A stretch of 64,000 bases of DNA. Source: Ignavibacteriota bacterium (GTDB lineage: Bacteria > Bacteroidota > Ignavibacteria > UBA10030). The first letter of the stretch is position 1. Each line of letters starts with the position of its first letter. The notes beneath the pieces are model-generated. The model had not been told where the DNA came from. It did no database searches and saw nothing but the letters and a program-made list of their open reading frames with translations. The position numbers were made by a program, and so were the translations under genes. The stretch is from the NCBI GenBank assembly GCA_963727825.1, contig CAVSHO010000009.1:416001-480000 (forward strand), read 5' to 3'. Below, one piece after another: positions 31,488 to 39,525 of the stretch.

Positions 31488-31790
31488 TCATCGGTTTTCT
31501 ACAAAATAATTCAAATTTATCTGATCTCTTACTATTCCCTTTAAGAAATTTCTTGATAAACGGTTATTCATTTTATGATTGCCTATCACCGGTTCTATTG
31601 ATGCTCTTCTTCTAAATTTAACTCGTACTTCTTTCTTCGTATATTCACTTATTGATCTCTTAGGCGGCTTAGGGATCAGTATTTCTGTTCCTCCTATTCT
31701 TATATTGCTTTTGAACCTTTGACCTGCTATGGCTAGGCTTAAACGTACTCTTTTATAACTCGTTTGATTCTCTGATTTTCTACTTTCATT
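31488..31790 (-). mobile_element. IS5-family transposase C-terminal remnant
   Basis: Frame without an upstream start: LAIAGQRFKSNIRIGGTEILIPKPPKR...KFRRRASIEPVIGNHKMNNRLSRNFLKGIVRDQIN, matching the IS5 RRxxIEPxIGHxK...LxRNxLKG..GD.IN signature. Confidence 0.8.
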
Positions 31791-31926
31791 TTTCTATAAA
31801 TGTATATAACTTCATCGCAAGTTGTTTTACTCTTTCTTATATTTATTTTTAATTAAAGTCATCTTACAGTTGTGATCAAAATAATTTATTGCAGTCAAAA
31901 TTATTGACAAGCCGGAGGAATGAATT

Positions 31927-34608
31927 ATGGAGCGTAGAGTTTTTCTTAAGAGAACTGCGATTGCTGCCAGCGTAGCGAGTTCTTTAAAGTTGTTCCTTCC
32001 GATCAAAGCAATCGGAATGAGTTCCAAAAAGCCATCTCAGAATCCCAGCCAGGTTTCGGGTCCATCAGGAGCGACACAGGAGGAGATCCGATCTGCCGAA
32101 TATCTTCGTCGTGCACAGGCTGATAAGTATTTGCCTGGACAACCGGTATTCGCGGAATCATATCAGCCGCTCGCTGTACGGGTCTCGCCAATGTCTCTTG
32201 CGGAAAGGCTCAAGCGAAATATTGTGCCGCGGCACGGCTTTTGCAGTATCGTGCCCGGCAGGACGGTCAGCGAGGGTCTCACCACTGGCAATGGAGCGAT
32301 GAATATCGAGATGACATGCGATCCATACTCTGAACAGGTTCTCTTCCATCATGAAAGCCTGCTTCTGCCCTGGAGAAGGCCCCTCGAGGCTCCAAAGGTC
32401 GCGAACATATTTCCGCAGGTGCGGCAAATGGTAATGGATGGAAAATATAAGGAAGCAATTGAATTCGCATTCAAGGAAATGGAGAAAGGTCCTATAAAAG
32501 CAAATACCTGGCCTCACCCCACTGTCCCAGCATTTCTGATGCATCTTGATTTTCCGAAAACATCTTCAGTCAAAAATTATCTCCGCACCGTCAATTTCGA
32601 GAACAGTGAGACAAATGTCTATTGGAACGATGAGCACGGCGACTGGCTTCGCCAAACCTTCACGTCACGGCCCGACAATGTTGTGGTCCAATTGATCACC
32701 GCTCCAAAAGGACAATCGGTGAATCTAAGAATCACGCTCGCGGATTCCAGGAGAAGAATGCGCCCCAGGACGGATTTCGAGGGAGTACGTTCGGGAAATG
32801 TCAACGGAGAAAGCGAAATCAAGCGAGATTTTAACGAACAGCGATTGATTTATATGTGTCGTTTAGATCCTTCCACAGACAACAGCGGCTACGCGGGGAT
32901 AGTCCGTGTGGTCCGCAACGGCGGCTCAGCACGAATGGATGATGGTAATCTGGTCATCGAAAACGCGTCGTCTGTAATTCTGCTCACTCGCATCGAATGG
33001 TTTGCCGATTACAGCGACGAGAAAGTGGAAGCTCTGCGGAAAGCCGTGGAAGAACTCACGCCAGATTATGCGGCAATGTTGGAACGGCACAGCAAAATTC
33101 AGTCGGAGGCCTTCAATCGTGTCACTGTGGACTTCGGAGGCGCTTCACAACATGGGATGTCCTCGGAAGAACTCCTTGCCGATCAGAGGTCGAGAGAAGA
33201 CTATTCGCCTGCATTATTGGAGAAGATTTTTGAAATGGGGCGTCATTGGTTCATATACACAAGCGGTAAGTATCCTACGATGGCAGCGGAGGTAAACGCA
33301 AACATTAACCTGCAAATCGCACCCGGTCCGCAGGGTGATTTGCGGGAAGGTATGGATGCCTACTTCAATTGGATGGAAAGCTTGGCTCCGGACTTCCGGA
33401 CTAACGCAAAGAACATCTTCGGGATGCGCGGCACACATTACAACCTCTGTCCGGACAAAGGAGTCGGCTTCGTGTTCCACTACTCCAACGCCGAATCGAC
33501 CGGAGAGATCTGGCCTCATCCCTATTGGATTTCAGCCGGCGGCTGGTGCTGTCGCCCGTTCTGGGACCACTATCTTGTAACTGGTGACCTGGAATTCCTC
33601 CGTAAGCGTGTGGTGCCAGCATTAGAAGAGTTGGCGTTGTTCTACGAAGATTTCCTGACGGTTACCGACAAAGATGGGAATTACATCTTTGTTCCTTCCT
33701 TTTCACCCGAGAACAATCCCGGGAATACAAATCCTTCGAGCATGTTGGTGATCAACGCCAGCATGGACATTGCAGTGTGCAGAGAAGTATTGGCAAATCT
33801 GATTCAGGCTTCAAAAATACTGGGCATCAATGCTGATAGTGTTCCGAAATGGAAAGCTATGCTGGCAAAATTGCCTCCTTACTTGCTCGAAAAGGACGGT
33901 ACCATGAAAGAGTGGGCCTGGCCCACACTGGAAGAGCGCTACAACCATCGTCATATCTCTCATCTCTACGGGGCCTGGCCAGGCGATGAAATCGATCCGG
34001 ATCGCACACCAAAACTGGCTCTCGCTGCGATGATGGCCGACAGAAGGCGCGTGCCAGAGAGGCTGGCGGCCCATGGTCGTTGCCATCGCGCTTTGGTTGG
34101 GGCGCGGCTCAAAGACAATTTCATGGTGGACACTGAGCTGCGGCAACTGATTGAGCAGGGCTACATCGGAACGACACTCAGGTGTTCTCACGACCCCTAC
34201 GCCTTCCCCATGCCGGATGCACAGGGCGGGATTCAAATGATCATGATGGAGATGCTGCTGTACTCGCGCCCCGGTGTGATTGAGGTGCTTCCCGCCCTTC
34301 CTCCCTCGCTGTTAAAAGGATCGATTAACGGAATGCTAGCTCGTACCTTCGCGAGGATCGATAAACTTTCATGGGACATGCGTGCGCGGACTGTCGATAT
34401 GACAATTACGTCTTTCGTAAAGCAGGATATCACATTGATTGCCCGTTATGGAATTGAAGAGATATCTGCTCCCACCGGAATTATGGCAGCGGCACTCCAG
34501 CAAGGCAAAGCCAACTGCGATCTGCACTTGCCGGAGAAAAAGCCGGTGGAAATACGTCTGAAGATTGGACGACACGAACCGCTGGAATGGGTTGCTCAGG
34601 TGACATAG
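31927..34608 (+). CDS. GH95-like alpha-L-fucosidase/alpha-L-galactosidase with Tat-like signal
   Basis: MERRVFLK; GNG near the N-terminus, FEMGR, NINLQ, SFSPEN, MKEW, HRHISHLY, LPALP. Confidence 0.82.
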   Translation: MERRVFLKRTAIAASVASSLKLFLPIKAIGMSSKKPSQNPSQVSGPSGATQEEIRSAEYLRRAQADKYLPGQPVFAESYQPLAVRVSPMSLAERLKRNIVPRHGFCSIVPGRTVSEGLTTGNGAMNIEMTCDPYSEQVLFHHESLLLPWRRPLEAPKVANIFPQVRQMVMDGKYKEAIEFAFKEMEKGPIKANTWPHPTVPAFLMHLDFPKTSSVKNYLRTVNFENSETNVYWNDEHGDWLRQTFTSRPDNVVVQLITAPKGQSVNLRITLADSRRRMRPRTDFEGVRSGNVNGESEIKRDFNEQRLIYMCRLDPSTDNSGYAGIVRVVRNGGSARMDDGNLVIENASSVILLTRIEWFADYSDEKVEALRKAVEELTPDYAAMLERHSKIQSEAFNRVTVDFGGASQHGMSSEELLADQRSREDYSPALLEKIFEMGRHWFIYTSGKYPTMAAEVNANINLQIAPGPQGDLREGMDAYFNWMESLAPDFRTNAKNIFGMRGTHYNLCPDKGVGFVFHYSNAESTGEIWPHPYWISAGGWCCRPFWDHYLVTGDLEFLRKRVVPALEELALFYEDFLTVTDKDGNYIFVPSFSPENNPGNTNPSSMLVINASMDIAVCREVLANLIQASKILGINADSVPKWKAMLAKLPPYLLEKDGTMKEWAWPTLEERYNHRHISHLYGAWPGDEIDPDRTPKLALAAMMADRRRVPERLAAHGRCHRALVGARLKDNFMVDTELRQLIEQGYIGTTLRCSHDPYAFPMPDAQGGIQMIMMEMLLYSRPGVIEVLPALPPSLLKGSINGMLARTFARIDKLSWDMRARTVDMTITSFVKQDITLIARYGIEEISAPTGIMAAALQQGKANCDLHLPEKKPVEIRLKIGRHEPLEWVAQVT

Positions 34609-34807
34609 TAACCAGTACTATACTGATAGCAAGAACGAAATCAGTAGGACAATATTGAAACCCGCAGAAAATCACTGAACGAACGGAACAGACAGGGATT
34701 TGAGGGGAACGAGAGGTTAGTTTGTTATTCTAATTCCTGGTCGAGATGAAATATTTTCATCATTCGTCCGTTCGGATCATCACGAATATTTTTATCTTAT
34801 TGCCTGT

Positions 34808-34850
34808 CCGCAACCCTGCAAAAACTTGCAGAGTTGCGGTACTTTTTTAT
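34808..34850. terminator. Intrinsic terminator between convergent GH95 and GH51 genes
   Basis: CCGCAACCCTGCAA / TTGCAGAGTTGCGG stem (1 mismatch) followed by ACTTTTTTAT. Confidence 0.75.
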
Positions 34851-34863
34851 TTAGTAAAACAGA

Positions 34864-36405
34864 CTATGAACCCAATTCCAAAACAATAACTGAGTTGGGC
34901 GGCATATTTACCTTTAAATTACCTTCTGAGATAGAAGCACCATTAAAGGTTTTTGGTACCACGTTTGCAGGATTATCAAATGTGTTATGGTCCTGAACTT
35001 TTGAAGACGTCAAAATCCTACCTTTTAATTGTTTTGCTTTAAAACCCTTCAAATCAATTTCCACTTCTTGATTATTCTTGTTATCAATATTTGTAAGAGA
35101 AATGTGCATCATACCCGACTGATCTTTTGAAGCAGAGACAGAAACAGCTTGAATCCGATTGTTTCCCATTATAAAGTCATTCGAAATTATTCGTACGGGC
35201 ACTAAAATCGCATCCTGATGAACTTTGTACATTTCCATTACATGATAGGTTGGTGTAAGAATAATTTTTTCATCCTTTGTTAGGATAACTGACTGGAGAA
35301 CATTTACGACCTGAGCCAGGTTAGCCATTCTAACTCTATCTGCATGATTGTTAAAGATGTTCAGCGTAAGTCCGGCGATCATGGCATCGCGCATTGTATT
35401 TTGCTGGTATAATTGTCCATTCCCTTCCGGGTCGGTTTCGTACCATCCTCCCCATTCATCAATTATAAGTGCAACTCTTTTCTTTGGGTCGTATTTATCC
35501 ATCATTTCACTATTAATACGTATCACATCTTCCATACGCCAAGCTTGTTGCATGGTTTTAAAATATTCTTCATCTGTAAACTTTGTCGACGAGCTTTTGT
35601 TACTCCAATTAGTAACCGAATAATAATGAACTGAAACACCTTCGAAACGTTTTGCAGGTATATCTTTCATAATTTCTTCTGTCCACTTCGCATCTGGACC
35701 TCCAGGTCCAACCGCTACTCTAAAAAGTTTCTCAGTATTACTGTAGCTTGTCATTGCGGTTGCATACTGTTTATATAGATTAACATAATGATCTACCGAC
35801 ATATTACCGCCGCAGTCCCAAGATTCATTACCTATTCCCCAAAACTTTACGTTCCAGGGTTTATCACGTCCGCTTTTTTCTCGAATGTCTGTTAGATTGC
35901 TTGTACCATTGGCATGATTTGCATATTGAACCCATTCTACAGCTTCTTGCACAGTACCGGTATTTATATTTACAGCCAAATATGGTTCTGCGCCAAGCAG
36001 TTCACACAAATTTAAGAACTCAGTTGTACCAAAACTATTGTCTTCCCGCACATTGCCCCAGGATAAGTTTTCAATCGGCTTTCTTTCATTTTTAGGTCCT
36101 ACGGCATCTTTCCAGTGATAGGTATCGGCAAAGCACCCGCCTGGCCAACGAAGGTTTGGTATTTTTAAATCCTTTAGTGCTTTTATTATATCGTTTCGTA
36201 CACCGGAGGTATTTGGAATTTTGGTGTTATTCTCCCCAACATATATTCCTCCATAAATCAATCTTCCTATATGCTCGGCAAAGTGTCCGTAGATGTTTCT
36301 GCTGATCTGTGTCTTCGCCAGGTCGGCATCTAATGTAATTTTGGTCTGGGCCGCTAATACAAGCGGTAAAATTCCGAACAGAAGTGAAAGAGTTATTTTT
36401 CTCAT
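34864..36405 (-). CDS. abfA: GH51 alpha-L-arabinofuranosidase
   Basis: YGHFAEH, LRWPGGCFAD, WGIGNE, DEWG, MANLAQVVNVLQ. Confidence 0.95.
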   Translation of the reverse strand: MRKITLSLLFGILPLVLAAQTKITLDADLAKTQISRNIYGHFAEHIGRLIYGGIYVGENNTKIPNTSGVRNDIIKALKDLKIPNLRWPGGCFADTYHWKDAVGPKNERKPIENLSWGNVREDNSFGTTEFLNLCELLGAEPYLAVNINTGTVQEAVEWVQYANHANGTSNLTDIREKSGRDKPWNVKFWGIGNESWDCGGNMSVDHYVNLYKQYATAMTSYSNTEKLFRVAVGPGGPDAKWTEEIMKDIPAKRFEGVSVHYYSVTNWSNKSSSTKFTDEEYFKTMQQAWRMEDVIRINSEMMDKYDPKKRVALIIDEWGGWYETDPEGNGQLYQQNTMRDAMIAGLTLNIFNNHADRVRMANLAQVVNVLQSVILTKDEKIILTPTYHVMEMYKVHQDAILVPVRIISNDFIMGNNRIQAVSVSASKDQSGMMHISLTNIDNKNNQEVEIDLKGFKAKQLKGRILTSSKVQDHNTFDNPANVVPKTFNGASISEGNLKVNMPPNSVIVLELGS

Positions 36406-36530
36406 TTCAAATTACTCCATATTTTTCTGATTAATGTTTCTATAATATCTAAAGAATCAATTAATTGGTAAAATGTCAAACTCAGGTGATTTCACATCTG
36501 AAATGAATGAGAAATTTAACAAGTGATTGT

Positions 36531-36559
36531 TTGACAATGCAAAATGCGATAGATAAATT
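36531..36559 (+). promoter_or_regulatory. Sigma70-type promoter for the DUF362 gene
   Basis: TTGACA (36531-36536), 17-bp spacer, TAAATT (36554-36559). Confidence 0.6.
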
Positions 36560-36612
36560 ATGAGAGGATCAAAATGTCGATCCGTCACATGAATTTATCA
36601 GGGTAAAACTAT

Positions 36613-37737
36613 ATGCAAATGAATCGTCGGGAAATTTTAAAAACCCTTGCAGCGGGAGTTGTAGGAGTTGGAGTTTCGGGATGCAGGGATGCTGCCCCAA
36701 AAAGCACAGCTTCTTTTAAACCTGTTTATTCTGGACATGGTAAACATGCAACTTTTGAAAAGGTTCTCAAACCATCAAATGTATGCCTTATAAAAGGGAA
36801 TGATGCACGTGATAATACATTCAAGGCACTGAAGAATATTGAAGACGAAATCTTGACGTCTCTCGAAGGGAAGAAACACGTCCTGATCAAACCGAATTTT
36901 GTGTTTGTGAACAATCCTCTTTGCGCCACCAGTGTTGATTCCGTAAGGGGAATACTTGATTTTATTAAGCCTCGCTTCAAAGGCCCTATTGAGATAGGTG
37001 AATCAACTGCTTCTTCTTCCATATGGGGTTTCCTGAGTTCTGCGAAAACTTATGACGGATTCAAGGCTTACGGATATCTGCCTCTGGAGAAAGAATACGG
37101 TGTTAAACTTACTGACCTTAACCTCGAACCTACTATAAATCACTACATTTTTAATTCTGCCGGTAATAAACCACAACCTATTCGCATTATAGCAAAATAT
37201 CTCGACGGGGATCAGTACTTAATTTCTGCAGGTAAAATGAAAACACACAATTGCGTTCTGGTGACTTTATCGCTGAAGAATATACTTATGGGTGCTCCCA
37301 TAAACGATTATGACACACAGAATGATAAGATGCTGATGCATTGCTGGGACCAACGAAGTTTTAGGCCGGGTATGAAACTTACTTTGACAAAGGATATGGT
37401 GCTGCACTACAATCTTTTCCAGCTTTCGCAAATAGCATATCCCGATCTTGGCGTAGTTGATGCATTTACATCAATGGAGGGTGATGGCCCTATCGACGGA
37501 ACTCCGGTTAATACAAGGCTTGCAATTGCCAGCGTTGACCCGCTTGCTTTGGATACTCTTGGGACAAAAATAATGGGGTTTGATCCGACTCAAATCCTTT
37601 ACATGTCATCAATGAATGAAGCAGGATTGGGACAGGGCGATCTTGACAAAATCAAAGTCCTGGGTGCGAATCTAAATGATTGCCTGTTTAAATTCAAACC
37701 TCATAAAGATCTTGCAGAAGCATACGGAATAATGTAA
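36613..37737 (+). CDS. DUF362 domain protein with Tat (lipo)protein signal
   Basis: MNRREILK...VSGC; VLIKPN, IGES, KMKTH, TLSLKN, MEGDGP, DPLALD. Confidence 0.85.
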   Translation: MQMNRREILKTLAAGVVGVGVSGCRDAAPKSTASFKPVYSGHGKHATFEKVLKPSNVCLIKGNDARDNTFKALKNIEDEILTSLEGKKHVLIKPNFVFVNNPLCATSVDSVRGILDFIKPRFKGPIEIGESTASSSIWGFLSSAKTYDGFKAYGYLPLEKEYGVKLTDLNLEPTINHYIFNSAGNKPQPIRIIAKYLDGDQYLISAGKMKTHNCVLVTLSLKNILMGAPINDYDTQNDKMLMHCWDQRSFRPGMKLTLTKDMVLHYNLFQLSQIAYPDLGVVDAFTSMEGDGPIDGTPVNTRLAIASVDPLALDTLGTKIMGFDPTQILYMSSMNEAGLGQGDLDKIKVLGANLNDCLFKFKPHKDLAEAYGIM

Positions 37738-37786
37738 TTGCTGGAACAAGTAAATCGTCCTTATAAATTGCATCAATTAGATTATA

Positions 37787-39475
37787 TCAATAGCTAATTT
37801 GCACGAAAGATACTGCCTGACGCGGCAATTGCATTTTTATGGTTGCTACTGTATTTTTGATTTTTATTTCTGAAGGTTTTGAAAGTGTTTCTAACCATCC
37901 TGCTTTTTCAAGTTTGGCAATTTGATCGGCCGTAGGTTTCTGTGGTGACCCCATCTTTTTCCATGCTTCATAGGAATTGCTATGCTCCTTGTCTATCCGG
38001 TATTGTGTTAGTTTTGCTTTCTCAACCGGGATCCCTTTGATATTAAGAACTACTGGAGAGCCAGTATCTTTAATATCCAGATCATAATAATTCCAAAGTA
38101 AAACCGTTACTGTTTTTTTATCGCTGCATGCAAATGCATTTATGTCGGTTTGTTCATCTCTGATGCTTGAATCGCAAATAGTCTTGAAGTTGTATCTCAA
38201 ATCCCCTGAAACCTCAACACGGTTGCCCGACATCATTCCTAACATACGAAAAACATTAAGTACTGGCTTATCTACACCATTTGTTGCTAAGCTGCGAAAT
38301 CCGGCAAACCAAGGTTGGTCTTCAAATTCAAACGACCAGTTAACAGCACCAATCAGGTTAACTCCATAATAATCTGCCATATCATAAATGCGTGCGATAG
38401 ATGCGGCTTCGTAACTTGAATAGAGTGTACCATTTCGATAAGCATTTTCAGGATAAGTCATCACGCCGCAGGCCGCACATCCTTCGGGATCGGATTCCCC
38501 AATAATAACCGGAAGATTTTTGATTTCAGGGAACGAAGTAATTACTGAAAAATTATCCTTAATGTTATTCAATTGTGATTTCATTCCCATACGTACAACT
38601 CCATTTATAATATCAGGAGATCCTTTCGCATGAAATGCCACATAGTCAAGCGGGGCTCCAATCTTTCCAGTGGCTGAATTGGTATCCGATAAGCAATGCC
38701 GGAGAAATGAACGTAAAAACCAGGCACCACCACCGGTTGAATGCGGACCGCCAATACGGGCTGTCGGCAATGCACGTTTCACTGCATCTGATGCATAATC
38801 ATACATCTTGCAATAATCTGTCAATTTTTCTTTAGACATTAAGTAAAAAATGTCTGGTTCATTCCATAATTCCCAGTACCAACTTTCAACTTCGGCTTTC
38901 CCGTAGCGTTCAATACTGTGCTTCACCCATTGATAAATTAGTTCAGCCCATTTTCTATAGTCTTTTGGAGGATAGGCCCAACCTGTTTCCAGCTTTTCAG
39001 ACCCGCCAGGAATCCAATGATGTTGGTATGGTTCAGGGTGAGTTGAAAGCGCTTCGGGCATGAAACCAATTTCTACGAGAGGCCTCATTTTCCGTTCAAT
39101 ATAGGTGTCGAATATTTTATCAATAATCGTCCAATTGTAAACGGGTTTGCCAAGGCTGTCTTCTGTATACATATTGGTGGATCCCCATTTAAGCGCTGGT
39201 GTTCCATCACCTGACGTCATTAGATTATGATTACGAACGTAAACTGGGACAGGGCTTAAGGCTGTTATTTCTGATAATAATTTCTTTCCATTTTTCATGT
39301 AAGTATAATTAGGTTCATCATATCCAAACCATGCCCAGATATATTTCATCGGGCCTTTCTCTTTTGTGATGTCGACAGTAATAGAGATTGTATCGGTTTG
39401 TGCATGAGCACACGAACAGAGGCAAATAAAAAGCAGAAAGATTTTATATCGCCTTGATACCATCACCCGCATCAT
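37787..39475 (-). CDS. GH39 beta-xylosidase
   Basis: FGYDEPN, ALKWGSTN, WELWNEPD, HAKG, IIGESDP. Confidence 0.92.
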   Translation of the reverse strand: MMRVMVSRRYKIFLLFICLCSCAHAQTDTISITVDITKEKGPMKYIWAWFGYDEPNYTYMKNGKKLLSEITALSPVPVYVRNHNLMTSGDGTPALKWGSTNMYTEDSLGKPVYNWTIIDKIFDTYIERKMRPLVEIGFMPEALSTHPEPYQHHWIPGGSEKLETGWAYPPKDYRKWAELIYQWVKHSIERYGKAEVESWYWELWNEPDIFYLMSKEKLTDYCKMYDYASDAVKRALPTARIGGPHSTGGGAWFLRSFLRHCLSDTNSATGKIGAPLDYVAFHAKGSPDIINGVVRMGMKSQLNNIKDNFSVITSFPEIKNLPVIIGESDPEGCAACGVMTYPENAYRNGTLYSSYEAASIARIYDMADYYGVNLIGAVNWSFEFEDQPWFAGFRSLATNGVDKPVLNVFRMLGMMSGNRVEVSGDLRYNFKTICDSSIRDEQTDINAFACSDKKTVTVLLWNYYDLDIKDTGSPVVLNIKGIPVEKAKLTQYRIDKEHSNSYEAWKKMGSPQKPTADQIAKLEKAGWLETLSKPSEIKIKNTVATIKMQLPRQAVSFVQISY

Positions 39476-39525
39476 AAAGATTCACTTCAATAATCGTTGA
39501 GTAAATAATTCGACTTGTGACATCA

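Noticed and set aside
34670-34780. GAACGAACGGAAC ... TTCGTCCGTTCG loose inverted repeat and GATGAAATATTTTCATC palindrome
   Set aside because: Short, imperfect and single-copy; insufficient for a MITE or ncRNA call.
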